From positions 136,154,001 to 136,218,000 of the forward strand of contig CM059432.1 of assembly GCA_030390025.1 (NCBI GenBank): a DNA stretch of 64,000 bases, given 5' to 3'. Below, piece after piece: positions 1-11,725 of this stretch (position 1 is the stretch's first letter; each line of letters opens with the position of its first letter). Source of the stretch: Squalus acanthias. Taxonomy: Eukaryota. The notes beneath the pieces were generated by a model. The model was given only the letters and a program-made list of their open reading frames with translations. It had not been told where the DNA came from and did no database searches. The position numbers were made by a program, and so were the translations under genes.

Positions 1-1149
1 TGGGAAAACTGCCTCAGCACTAACACAAATTGCTCAGCAAGCCAGGGAAGGGGCACTGAGGATCTCACATGCAGCACTCCAGCTTTGTGCAGAGGTCAAC
101 ATTGCACCACTAGCCTCACACACTGCTCAGTGCATGACCCCCAATCACTCACTCACCAACAATCTGCACCAATGACAAGGCACATCTCCCATTCCTAGCC
201 TCACCTCACCCCCTTGGAGGAGACGGTGCAGGCCATTCTTGGTTGAGCCCTTAGCCAGCGGCGGGGCTGAAAATATACAAGATGTTGGTATCCTCGTACG
301 TTATCCTCCTTCTGGCATGCAGCTCTTGCTTTCCCGCCCTCTTGTCAGCACAACTCCACCCTTGTGCCTTCCTCATTTCACACACCCAAGAAATGCAGCC
401 TGCCCAGTCAGTGGGTCAACAAGAGGCAGCCTGCCCAGCCAGTGGGACCACGGGCGGATGATTCCATCCCGGATATCCCGGCCACAAAGGGGCTGTCTGG
501 GATGCATCATTCCATCTGATTCCTCCTCTTCTGCGTCTTCCTCTTCTGCGTCTTCCTCTTCCCTCTGCAAGCGGAAGCTGTAAATGTGAAATGACAGCAT
601 CAAATGCTGGAAAGACTCAGTTGGTCAGGCAGCATGTCGACCTGAGACGTGAACTCTGTTTTTCTCTCCACGGATGTTGCGTGACCTGCTGAGTATTCGC
701 AGCATGTTCTGTCTTCTCAAAGGCCTTCATTTACCATCCGAGCCCTTGCAAGCATCCAGCAGCACTCCCTACACACTTAAAAACTTTTCACATCTATTGC
801 AGCAAGCCACCACTTCAATAAAATCAAAAAAAAACAGTCCAAACCCTTAAATTCAAACTTACCTGAATGATGTGTGTGTCCCTTTAAGAGCTGCAGACAT
901 CGCCACTGTCAGCCTGCTTTCATGCCAGGTTAACTTAGCGTGCTTAGGATCCAGCGCTAGGGTTGAAGTTCGCGTTGGTGACGTTAAGTTGGCGTTGCAG
1001 GGCGCTGCCAGTTACCGCAGCGCAAAGGGGGAGAGCAATATGGCGGCTATCGCGGGACACGCCATCAGCTGGCGAAAGAGCGGCGGCCACCATTTTATCG
1101 GCATTTCATGGCGCTACGGAGTGGCGGTAAGTACATGAATTTCTAGCCC
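1..1149 (+). mobile_element. PIF/Harbinger-derived non-autonomous DNA transposon, right part (left end lies outside the window)
   Basis: Ends in GAATTTCTAGCCC (revcomp GGGCTAGAAATTC). Colinear with 39450-43068. The minus strand keeps an acidic tail (EEEDAEEEDAEEEE..RDIRDGII) resembling a Harbinger nuclease C-terminus. Confidence 0.75.
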
Positions 1150-2008
1150 TTTGTTTCCACTTGTGGGGGAGACCGGATCTAGGGGCTATAAATATACGAT
1201 AGTAACTAATAAATTTAATAGGGAATTTTTAAAAAAGCCTTGCATTTATACAGCGCCTTTCACAACCACCAGACGTCCCAAAGCGCCTTACAGCCAATGA
1301 ACAACAACAACAACTTGTATTTATATAGCACCTTTAACGTAGTAAAACGTCCCAAGGCGCTTCACAGGATTATTAAAAGACAAAAAAATTTGAAGTACTT
1401 TTTGAAATGTAGTCACTTTTCTAATGTAAGAAACGCAGCAGCCAATTTGCACTCAGCAAGCTCCCAGTAATGTGATAATGACCAGATAATCTGTTTTAGT
1501 GATGTTGATTGAGGGATAAATATTGGCCAGGACACCAGGGACAACTCCCCTGCTCTTATTTGAAATAGTGCCATGGGATCTTTTACGTCCACCTGAGAGA
1601 GTAGACAGGGCCTCGGTTTAACGTCTCATCTGAAAGACAGCACCTCCGACAGTACAGCACTCCCTCAGCACTGCACTGGAGTGTCAGCCTAGATTTTTGT
1701 GCTTAAGTCTCTGGAGTGGGATTTGAACCCACAACCTTCTGATTCAGTTGGATGCTACCAACTGAGCCACTGGCTGACACTCAGGAGAAACTTCTTTACC
1801 AAAGAGTGGTAAGAATGTGGAACTCGCTACCACAAGGAATAGTTGACTAGCATAGATGCATTTAAGAGGAAGCTGGATAAACACATGAGGGAGAAAGGAT
1901 GTGTTGATGGGGTTAGATGAAAAAAGGTGGGAGGAGACTCGTGTGGAGCATAAACACCAGCATGGACCAATTGAGCCAAATGGCCTTTTTCTGTGCTGTA
2001 AATACTAT
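1150..2008 (+). mobile_element. CR1 LINE 3' end, interrupted by a DeuSINE
   Basis: TGTTTCCACTTGTGGGGGAG...CAGGAGAAACTTCTTTACC...TGGAACTC (FPLVG..RRNFF..WNSL motif) and a tail ending CTGTGCTGTAAATACTAT. Homologous to 43069-43395. Confidence 0.8.
1235..1780 (-). mobile_element. tRNA-derived DeuSINE (SacSINE1-like) with a short L2-type tail piece at ~1300-1390
   Basis: Reverse complement of the SINE at 53993-54450: A/B-box head, Deu core and L2-like tail. Confidence 0.8.
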
Positions 2009-2673
2009 GGGGGAAAAATTCGCTAGCGACCATTTTGGGTCGTTAACATCGCCTGGGCGTTAAATTTTGCGCTTGGCAAAAAATAGCGCCGGCGATTGGT
2101 AAATTCAGTTTTAGCGCCCCAAGAGGGAGGTGGGGCACTAATTCAAGTGCTCCATTTCCTTCTTAGAGCGTTAACCCCGAATATCAGGGCGGTGCGTTCT
2201 GCAGCGCTACACAGTGGGCCACGTAACGCTGCCGCATGGAAGGGTTCTTCCCCTCATTAAAGGGGAGGGTCCAAACCCACAACTCTGTGGGGCCCTACCT
2301 GGACGCCGTGCTAGCAGCCCGCCACACAAGAGGTGTGCTGGGCTGCCAGATTGCGACACGGAACCCGCGTTCGAAGAGACAATGGGCCGCAACAAGTAAG
2401 TTGGCCAATTTTTTTTTTCCTCGCCCGCCACCTCCCCTTTACTTATCCCCCTGTGAGCCTCCTGCCCCCTGAATCAGTCGGTGTCATCACCTGGCGCAGA
2501 TTCAGGGGGCGTGGGCCAATTATGAGGCGCTGCGCACGGTGATGACACAGCGGAGCGGGGCGCTACCGGTTACTGCCGCCACTAAACTCCCGCTGAATTT
2601 GGCGGGAGTCATTAACGGCGCCACACCCTGGCGAAAAGTCATTTGCGCCCTGTTGGCGCCGAATTTCTAACCC
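2009..2673. mobile_element. Harbinger-type MITE
   Basis: Imperfect TIRs GGGGGAAAAATTCG / GGGTTAGAAATTCG. TSD TAT at 2006-2008 and 2674-2676. CpG-rich body. Confidence 0.8.
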
Positions 2674-2724
2674 TATATATGTAACATTTCATCTGAAAGA
2701 CGGTGCCTCCAACAGTGCAGTACT

Positions 2725-3436
2725 AGCCCAGAAATTAAACATCGATGGTTCCCGCGGGAGTAAGGATTCCCCGCGATATCGCGCTCCACGCCTACCTTTT
2801 TGTTTGGGGCCCACACGAACTTTAGTTTCAGGGCCTCTCCCTGTTGCAACCGTGCAGTGCTTGCGTATCCCAGAGGCGCAATTAGTTCGTGCGAGCTCTG
2901 GGATCACGTGATTCAGTTAGAGCCAATGGCAGCACACCATCTTTCATTCATAGTTTTGACAGCAAGGGCTGTCAAAGCTATGAATACTACAAGCCCCCAA
3001 AAGAACAGCTAAACCTCAATTAAATTTAAAAAAAAGCCATCACATTAATAAAATAAGTATAGTTAAATGAATTAACCACTTTAAACAAAAAATTAAATTT
3101 TTGAAAAAATTTAAAATCTTTTTTAAAATTTATAAAAATAAACTTACCTTTCTTTAAAGTCTCTAAAAAAGATAAACCTGTTGAAAAATTTTTAAAATAA
3201 CACTTAATTAACTACTTACCTTGTTAAAAGGGGATCCTACGCCTGCTTTCTTTGTGTGTAAAATCTTCACCACTTACCTGCGCGTTCAAACCTGAAAAAA
3301 AAACTAAGTGCACTGCGTGCGCACAACCTGTAGTGCGCACGCGGTTCACTTAGGAACCGCCCCCTTTGCAATTCTGGACCTAATACGCGAGAGTACACAG
3401 TGCGTACTCTCGCGTATTAGGTTTAATTTTCGGGCC
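2725..3436. mobile_element. Harbinger-type MITE inserted into a DeuSINE (SINE pieces ~2687-2724 and ~3441-3560)
   Basis: TIRs AGCCCAGAAATTAAAC / GGCCCGAAAATTAAAC. Internal sequence shared with 28884-29400. Confidence 0.75.
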
Positions 3437-3919
3437 ACAGTCTTTGTACTGCACTGGAGTGTCAGCCTAGATTATGTGTTCAAGTCTCTGGAGTGGGACT
3501 TGAACCCACAGCCTTCTAGTCTCAGAGGCAAGAGCTCTACCACTGAGCCACAGCTAACACATGTGACAAGGATCAAGGGTAGGTGGGATTGGAAGATGTG
3601 CAAGCTGCTGGCCAGAAGGCTACTCAGGATGCCTTCAGCTGATAAAGCGAGGGAATTGGACTTCACCATCCTTGTCTACAAATACAGTTTGTTAGCAGTT
3701 CATGCCATCACTTGACAGTGGGCCAAGCATCCAGTTTGGATGTATCTATGAAAGAGAACCCCAGTTCCATCTGTGCAGTGCTTCATAATCATTTTAAAAA
3801 AAGCTGCGAGCTACCAAGGAGAATGTGGCCATTCTAGATCCCTCTGCAGTTGAGCTACCCTTGGCTGAGGTCCTAAGCTCAGGCATCGCGTCCATCACAA
3901 ATGCTTTGACTGGAGCTCT

Positions 3920-4032
3920 AGTTTCCTACATTACAACAGTGACTACACTTCAAAAGTACTTCATTGGCTGTAAAGCACTTTGGAACGTCCTGAGGCCGTG
4001 AAAGGCGCTATATAAATGAAAGTCTTTCTTTT
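3920..4032 (+). mobile_element. DeuSINE 3' fragment
   Basis: TTTCCTACATTACAACAGTGACTACACTTCAAAAG...GAAAGGCGCTATATAAATG. Confidence 0.75.
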
Positions 4033-4061
4033 TTGGGGGGCTTTAATCTACAGCAGTGCAT

Positions 4062-4088
4062 TTAGGGTTCGGGTTAGGGTTAGGGTTA
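4062..4088 (+). repeat. Short interstitial telomere-like repeat (TTAGGG)n
   Basis: TTAGGG TTCGGG TTAGGG TTAGGG TTA. Confidence 0.6.
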
Positions 4089-4337
4089 CCTAGATTCACC
4101 ATGTTGGGGACTACTTTGAGACAGCCATCATGTAGGGCTTCAATAACCTCATTGTTGCCCATGGTCTACTCCCCCACAGATTGCCGACCATGTTGAGGGA
4201 GTTCCAAGCAGCAGAGGCATGCAGAATCAAGCAGGGTTGATGGAGATGCCTTTTAGGGTGAAACCATGTCTGCAACACCCTGCTTAGAGGACTGCAGATG
4301 TGTTGGATAGAGTACAGGCCCAGGCAACCACCACTAT

Positions 4338-4970
4338 CATAAGAACATAAGAATTAAGAGCAGGAGTAGGCCATTTGGCCCCTCGAGCCTGCTCCGCCAT
4401 TCAATAAGATCATGGCTGATCATCGACCTCAACTCCACTTTCCCGCCTGATCTCCATATCCCTTGATTCCCCTAGAGTCCAAAAATCTATCAATCTCAGT
4501 CTTGAATATACTCAAAGACTCAGCATTCACAGCCCTCTGGGGCAGAGAATTCCAAAGATTCACAACCCTCTGAGTGAAGAAATTCCTCCTCATCTCAGTC
4601 TTAAATGGCCTACCCCTTATCCTGAGACTATGCCCCCTAGTTCTAGACACTCCAGCCAGGGGAAACAACCTCTCAGCATCTACCCTGTCAATCCCCTTCA
4701 GAATCTTGTATGTTTCAATGAGATCACCTCTCATTCTTCTAAACTCCAGAGAGTATAGGCCAGTTCTACACAATCTCTCAGCATAGGACAGCCCTCTCAT
4801 CTCAGGAATCAATCTAGTGAACCTTCGCTGCACTGCCTCCAAGGCAAGTATATCCTTCCTTAGATAAGGAGACCAGAACTCTGCACAGTACTCCAGGTGT
4901 GGTCTCACCAAGGCTCTGTACAATTGTAGCAAGACTTCCTTACTCCTATACTCCAACCCTCTTGCAATAT
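4338..4970 (-). mobile_element. CR1 LINE 3' fragment (ORF2 C-terminus and tail)
   Basis: ORF 4429-5124 contains LYRALVRPHLEYC..WSPYL..RRNFFTQRVVNLWNSLP. (TTCTTATG)n tail. Near-identical to 51092-51815. Confidence 0.9.
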
Positions 4971-5531
4971 CATTGGCAGTTTGGAGCGGGCATCTCTGAA
5001 ACACACTCACAGGTGCGGGCCACCCACCCCCGATATATAAATGACCCAAACCCCACAACTTGGGCTGGGGTCGACCTCTTCCTCGACGGGGAGGGGGGTG
5101 CGGTCGGTATTTGCTCCACCACACTTCTTCCAGTGAAGTAGGACTCCCGAAATTTTGAATACAAAGTAGTTGTGGGTCATATTTCAGCTTGAAATGGGGC
5201 CAGGACTATTTTTTTCTGTGGGTGGGGGGTGGGGTGGAGGTGGAGGTGGGATGGGTTAGAGCGGGTGTGTCATTTATTATTGCTTGTATGGTTCATTACC
5301 TCTGAGGAGCGCGGTGTCCGCAAATTATTTCCTAGAGGTTGAAATTGTACCGTGCAACATTAGTACTAAACACGGGAATCCATTTGTCTGAAATTCCTTT
5401 GTCCACGAGCTTAACAAAAGGTGTTAACCCATTTATTTTAGAATAATTGCACAGTGCAGTCTCAACCCAATAAGTTTTTCTGTTTTTTTTAAATGTAGAT
5501 TGTAGCTCCCTAACCTCCTTTGAAAGATAGG

Positions 5532-5700
5532 GACCTAGAAATTTGCCTCAGGCGGTATCGGACCGGCCGCCCGTTATACGCAGCACCTGGTGTTCAGTTC
5601 TATTGACTGCATTGGAACTGAATATCAGGCGCTACATTTAATGGGCGGCCAATCCGATACCGCCCACTTTGCACCACCGCCTGAGACAAATTTCTAGGCC
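5532..5700. mobile_element. Short palindromic MITE with Harbinger-like ends
   Basis: 25-bp TIRs GACCTAGAAATTTGCCTCAGGCGGT / GGCCTAGAAATTTGTCTCAGGCGGT, plus internal inverted repeats. No clear TSD. Confidence 0.75.
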
Positions 5701-7345
5701 AAAGTAAGTTATAGAGGGCCCATGGCAGTGCAAATTGAACACAACCCTTACTGTGGCAATGCATATTGTTTACTGTCCTTCAGAAGGTGTGTTTTTGATG
5801 AACCAAATAGCCATTCTCTTCATTCAATACCTTCTATGAATTTCACACAATGGTAAATAAAATAATAAATTATTTGAAATCTGGTCTGAAATCAGAATCT
5901 GGTATTAATATATTTTCATGCAATTAGCTGGTTGTTTATTCCTCAATCCCTTCCAGGATAGTCTCTCCTCTTATTTCGAGCATCCTGTGTTAGCTTTATA
6001 AACGAAAGAAGCGACACGGCTTTATTTTTGTTGTTGTTGGTTTTAAGAGGAATCTTTACAGTTAATAGGTGTCACCTTCTTAAATTGCTTATGACAACAT
6101 GTTACGGGCAATCACCACAGTACTTGAGGCCCCAGCTGTTCCCATCTAGTCTTCATTTCTCAATGACCATTCTCCTTTATCAGTGTGCTCTGCTGAAAGG
6201 AGTACGATCCACTTGAGCTTGCCACAGGCTGATTACAAGCTGAAGGTCCCGTATTGGCCAGCTGTAGGAGAGGACAATATTTATTCCTCTCTTTTTTTCC
6301 TTCCAGAAGATTGTTTCTCTGGATTCAGGTGTCGTTGACTAGTGAGTGCCAAGCTGTTATCACCGAGACGGGGAAATTGGCAACGCATCGTGTATTGTAA
6401 TCCTGTGCACTTACAAACAAAATGACTGACTAAAAACAAAAAATGAATTCACTATTTCCTTTAGGCTGATTTAGGCAATAATGAGTGAATGAATACAGAG
6501 TCCTCTATCTGCATTCATGCTCCAAAAAGCTCTGGTACAGTTGATTCCAACTTATAATGAGCCAAGTTAGCAAGGTCTGCTCAAGCGCAGATTTCAGAAT
6601 CCAGCCCTGCAATCGTACAGGAAGGGCAATGGTGTAGTGACATTGCATGACCAACAAGCATTCCTTGTTCCTGATGAATACCAGTAATACAGACCAAGAC
6701 TGGACGATGCTGTCACTCCATATCCCTGAGTTTACACCCCCCCCGCCACCAAGGACGCATCCTTACACAGCTCAGTGTTAGATTGTTTATGATCAGTCTG
6801 CATTTACCTATCGATGTTCATAGTCATGCATGTTAATAACGAATCGGATAATGTTCTACATTTACATAGTGCACAGGTCATGTAAACTGAATAATTGTCC
6901 CATTTCCCTAGATATTTTGTCCCATCTAAACATAAAATTGCATTTCCCTCCTAATTATTGGAGTGCAAAAAATGATAATTGAGGAAGAATACTGCATCTC
7001 CAATCCCATCAGGACCACGGTGTGGGCAGATTTATGACAAGTTCAAATAAGTGATAAAGGAAGGGATGAAAATGCAATCTTCCGAAAGCAAATTGTTTTG
7101 ATTAAATTAGTGGGCAGCAAAATATAATTAGCAGGTGTTATTGTACTTATAAAATCATAGAACAGTACAGAAGGAGGCCGTTCGGCCCTTCAAGTCTGCA
7201 CCAGCTCTTGTGTTCAGACCCACATTTAAGAAGGTACTTTATGTTAAAAAAAAGTTCACTCTAGTCGAAATTAGTTGGATAAATGATCAGGCTGGAAATA
7301 AACCGTTCATTGTGCTCTCAAAATGATAGCCATCTGAAAAAATCT

Positions 7346-8720
7346 GTCCTATAAATTCGGCAGCTCGGCGCTCATTTTTCAGGCACTAACCAGCCTACTA
7401 AACCCCCCATATGGTGGGTAGGAAGCGCGCGCATTTCTGGCCAGAGGTGCGCTGCCCGCCATATTGGGAATGGAAAAAAATAGGCATCCAGGGCTCACAC
7501 TTGAAACAGGCATTAGGTCCTTTGCAGTTGCAAATTCGGTGCCTAACACCTGTTTGAAGCCCCCACTGCAAGATTGGTTTGCCCTGAGGCATCAGCTGCA
7601 CTCAGTAAAACCAGACTTTGGCACTGCCTGCTACCAAAAAGGTTAGGTTTTGAAATTGACTTACCTGAATGCGGAGCCGGGAGGAGCAGGAGTGCTGCTC
7701 TCGACCCCACATTTAAAAAAACGCGGGCCGCAACTCCCACACTGATCATTGCCACTACCTCCGACCTGGCTTCTGGTCTCCATCCCACACCTTGGCCTCT
7801 GATCTTCCCCCGACTTCAATACCCCCTCCCCAGGCCTCCAATTCTTCCCCCCCCACCCCCGCACCAGCCTCCAATTCTCCCCCCCCACCGCACCAACCTC
7901 CAATTCTCCCCCGCCGCCCCCCCCGCTCCAACCTCCAATTCTCCCCCGCCGCCCGCACCAGCCTCCAATTCTCCCCCCCCTCCCCAGGCCTCCAATTCTC
8001 CCCCGCACCAACCTCCAATTCTCCCACCCCCCACAAACCTCCAATTCTCCCCCCCCCGCACCAACCTCCAATTCTCCCCCCCCCGCACCAACCTCCAATT
8101 CTCCCCCCCACTGCACCAACCTTCAATTCTCCCCCACCCCCCGCACCAACCTCCAATTCTCCCCCACCCCGCACCAACCTCCAATTCTCCCCCCCCCGCA
8201 CCAACCTCCAATTCTCCCCCCCACTGCACCAACCTCCAATTCTCCCCCCCACTGCACCAACCTTCAATTCTCCACCCCGCCCCCGCACCAACCTCCAATT
8301 CTCCCCCCCCCGCACCAACCTCCAATTCTCCCCCCCCCCGCACCAACCTCCAATTCTCCCCCCCCCCCCCCGCACCAACCTCCAATTCTCCACCCCCCCC
8401 CGCACCAACCTCCAATTCTCCCCCCCCCCGCACCAACCTCCAATTCTCCCCCGCTCCCCCACACCAACCTCCAATTCTCCCCCGGGCCTTCAATTCTTCC
8501 ACCCTCCGCCCCCACCAGCCTCCAATTCTCCCCCCACCCCCCCGCCCCCAATTCTTCATCCCCCACCTACCCCCGGCCTCCTATCTCACGACCCCGGCTT
8601 CACTTAACTGAGGGCCGCTGTGACGATAGCAGCGGCCTGATCTTGGTTTCCTGTCTGGCTGGTCATGCCGCAATGGCTCCATTAACATGAGGTCCAAGGC
8701 CCAACATTGGGGGCGCCTCA
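7346..8720. mobile_element. Probable Harbinger-type non-autonomous element carrying a minisatellite
   Basis: Left end GTCCTATAAATTC resembles the other TIRs and the body is CpG-rich. Right end not resolved. Confidence 0.4.
7830..8560. repeat. C-rich minisatellite, unit ~27-31 bp CGCACCAACCTCCAATTCTC(C)n, roughly 25 copies
   Basis: Directly visible tandem repeat with variable poly-C length. Produces spurious Pro/Gly-rich ORFs in several frames on both strands. Confidence 0.95.
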
Positions 8721-8951
8721 ATGTTTTAAGTTTCAAGTTGAATAACTTAAAGCGTCGCTATTTGTTGTCAAGAAAGCTTACTTCCTTCTTACTACCACCT
8801 ATCATCATGGTTTTGTAAGACTGGCTGTTAATCATATATTAAGATGAAGCATAATGACATCCAAAGTTGCTCTAGCTGCCTGGTGGTGGAGCTGGGGGTG
8901 GTTCTCATGCCACCCCACTCTCCCCACCCCTGACACCAAACACCAACATCT

Positions 8952-9271
8952 GGGCAACACGGTGGCATAGTGGTTAGCACTGTTGCCTCACAGCGCCAGG
9001 GTCCTGGGTTCAAATCCGACCTCGGGTGACTGTCTGTGTGGAGTTTGCACATTCTCCCCGTGTCTGCGTGGGTTTCCTCCGGGTGCTCCGGTTTCCTCCC
9101 ACAGTCCAAAGATGTGCGGGTTAGGTTGATTTGGCTATGATAAATTGACCCTTAGTGTTAGGGGGGATTAAATACGTGGGGTTACGGGGATAGGGTGGGA
9201 TATGTGTCGGTGCAGGCTCGATGGGCCGAAATGGCCTCTATCTGCACTGTGGGGATTCTGTGATTCTGTGA
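8952..9271 (+). mobile_element. HE1-like V-SINE (tRNA-derived)
   Basis: tRNA head GGTGGCATAGTGGTTAGCACT..GGTTCAAATCC, V-domain GTGTGGAGTTTGCACATTCTCCCCGTGTCTGCGTGGGTTTCCTCCGGG, CR1-like (GATTCTGT)n tail. Confidence 0.9.
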
Positions 9272-9664
9272 CCCCCAGCCTCCTGCTCCCCAAGGATGCA
9301 TTCCTGATTCCACCCAAGTACTGGGTTATGGGGCATTTCCACAATGTGGATGTGCCTGCTCTACTTTTGGAGGTATCAGGGAGGGTGGTTGAAAGGATTG
9401 CAGTGCAGCAGATTGCCACAAAGTGTAATAGTGCCAGCTGGATACAGTTCTGTAAACATTTTTAAAAGGTGCGATTTGAAATTTAGGCTAGCAGCCTTTT
9501 AATTAATTGCAGGACAAAGTTCCTGGTACACCTGCTAACGTGCAGGCAATACTTAGAACTGGGGACAACTGTGGCAGGACTGATGGGAATTCTGGCAGCT
9601 TGCATCATCCTGCCAAGTCCCACTTCTTCTTTTGAATAACGCACAGGGAAAGAAAGAAGGTAGA

Positions 9665-11650
9665 AAGATGCATAGTGCCTTTCATGACCGTAGGATGTTC
9701 TAAAGCGCTTTACAGTCAATGAAGTACTTTGGAAGTGGAGTCACTGTTGTAATGTAGGAAATGGAGCAGCTAATTTGCACACAGCAAGGTCCCACAGATT
9801 GCAATGTGATAATTACCAGATAATCTGCTTTTTGTGATATTGGTTGTGGGGTAAATATTGGCTAGGACACCCGGGAGATCTCCCCTGCTCTGGGATCTTT
9901 TATGTCCACCTCAGAGGGCAGCCGGGGCCTCGGTTTAACATCACATCCGAAAGACAGAATCTCAGACAGTGCAGCACTTCCTCAGTACTGCACTGTGTAA
10001 AATTCGCAATTATCGCGATTCGAAATAACGAGATAAAGCAGATTCGTTTCATCAGTTTTATTTCAACTGTCATGATTAAACGGACACAAGAAGCCTGTAA
10101 AATGGCTGCCGCGCCTCGTGGCAGAAGTTTCTAGAATTTTCAGTAGACAGACAAGATGGCGTTCGAATAAACATTTCAGAGTAAGATTGGATAATACTCT
10201 GCAAACATTGGTAAAGACAGGATGCAACCTGTCTGCATTCGACACAATAGCAAAGATATAAGTGCTGGAATCGTTTTCCATGTACAAGTGAGGACTATTG
10301 TACTGGGCAATCAGAGGCCCATCCAAAAGACATCAATACGCAAATTCCCCGCAGCTCTACAATGAGAGAGCCATTCGCGGGTGCTTACACAAATATTTCG
10401 GAGGCCCCCAAAACACCGCCAGGGAAGCTCCCAGCCGGTTCCACAATGGGAGAAACATTAACGGGTATTTGGCCAGTTACAAGTGTCACCGAAACCCATT
10501 ACAAACAAGAATCACCCCATACTGAGAAGTTTGAGCGCCAAGATTTTACAAAAGATGAACATTAAGATTGGGCGGGAGATAAGAGAACCGAGCACTATAA
10601 CTATAGACAACAAACGTCCATCGCTCTCTTATTCTCTTGGCTCTTGACTCTTATCTCTGCTGACTATGGACTCGGGCTGAACTCTTATCCTTTCATTCGC
10701 TTGGAATCGACTCTCGGCTCTTATCCCGGACGACCGTTATTCTCTCTTGTTCCGCTGATCCCTTTTGGGGTCGACCTCGTGGCGCACTGCGAAATCAGGT
10801 GCACCATCCCGAAGGTCGGTAAACGGTGTCTGGACCCGAAGGCCCGAGGAGATGAGATGAGATGAGAAGAGAAGAAGAAGAATCCACGTGCCGCCGCGGT
10901 CAGTAAACCCCGACCGCGCCCGAAATATATGAACATTGTTAAGCTATATAGGTTTTGATCGGGAATCCGAGGTCAACACAGATCTTCATAACAGCAGACG
11001 ATTTAGCCTGCTAGCCGGAGCAGAGCAAATAAACAAGTGGGGTACAGAGACCCCTGGTCAACACGTGAACGGTCAGGTGTTGCAGCGAAAACAGCCAAGC
11101 GCCGTTTTAGAATTCTCCGAAGTATCACGAGTGGTGAGCATGTTTCCTCGATCCTACAAATCTAGATTAGTGTAGGTATTGATAGGGGAGGGTAGTTTTA
11201 TTAAGGATAAATATAATGTGTTCCCCTTTTTACGATGGGCCGTGTGTTCCTCATTACCCTAGACCAAGTTTTATGAATGTATGTATACTTGTACTGTCAT
11301 TAATGTATGCCTATGACATGTACTTCATGATTTTGGACGTTATGCAATAAAGATTTCCATTTCGTACTATTCAACCGGGTCTATTTGAGTTTTTCTCTGC
11401 ATTACTGCTCTCGCACTTAAGTCCAGTGTTAGAACCGTAAGGGCGAGTGGGTCGAACCACTCACAGGTGCTTATTGCAACAAGGCTGGCCGGAGACCAGA
11501 GCAAGCAATAGTATTAGGCAACGAAGGCCTAACCCCGCACAAGCACCCTGAACCGAAACCCCTTACAACTGATGTGTCAGCCTAGAGTGCGCAAGTCTCT
11601 GGAGTGGGACTTGAACCCACAACCTCCTGACTCAGAGTGCTACCTACTGA
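9665..11650 (-). mobile_element. DeuSINE split by a solo LTR (SINE parts ~9665-9995 and 11568-11650)
   Basis: CTCAGTACTGCACTG | ACTGATGTGTCAGCCTAG rejoin to the SINE consensus seen in other copies. Confidence 0.8.
9996..11567 (+). mobile_element. Solo LTR (1572 bp) of an LTR retrotransposon/ERV
   Basis: Termini TGTAA...TTACA. Perfect 4-bp TSD ACTG (9992-9995, 11568-11571). TATA-like CTATAACTATA ~10595 and AATAAA 11346-11351. No recognisable coding domain. Confidence 0.8.
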
Positions 11651-11725
11651 GGGATGGATGCAAGAAGCACCCGCCCTCACTTCCACTGGAATTGGGAGTG
11701 GACAGAACAGGGCCAGAGACCTAGT

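Noticed and set aside
3560..3920. Possible host exon or LINE coding remnant
   Set aside because: No recognisable motif in the frames I translated and no convincing splice-site pair.
7830..8560. CRISPR-like array (constant repeat with variable spacers)
   Set aside because: The spacers are only C homopolymers, there are no cas genes, and the context is vertebrate.
7574..8611. Long Pro-rich/Gly-rich ORFs (up to 345 aa) resembling extensin or formin
   Set aside because: They arise from a stop-poor minisatellite that is open in several frames on both strands, and unit lengths are not multiples of three.
8952..9030. tRNA gene (also ~33165-33240 and ~53993-54065)
   Set aside because: These are tRNA-derived SINE heads continuing into SINE bodies, with no proper acceptor stem or terminator.
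10063..11175. Short ORFs inside the LTR as viral accessory genes
   Set aside because: All are under 90 aa with no recognisable motifs, consistent with chance.
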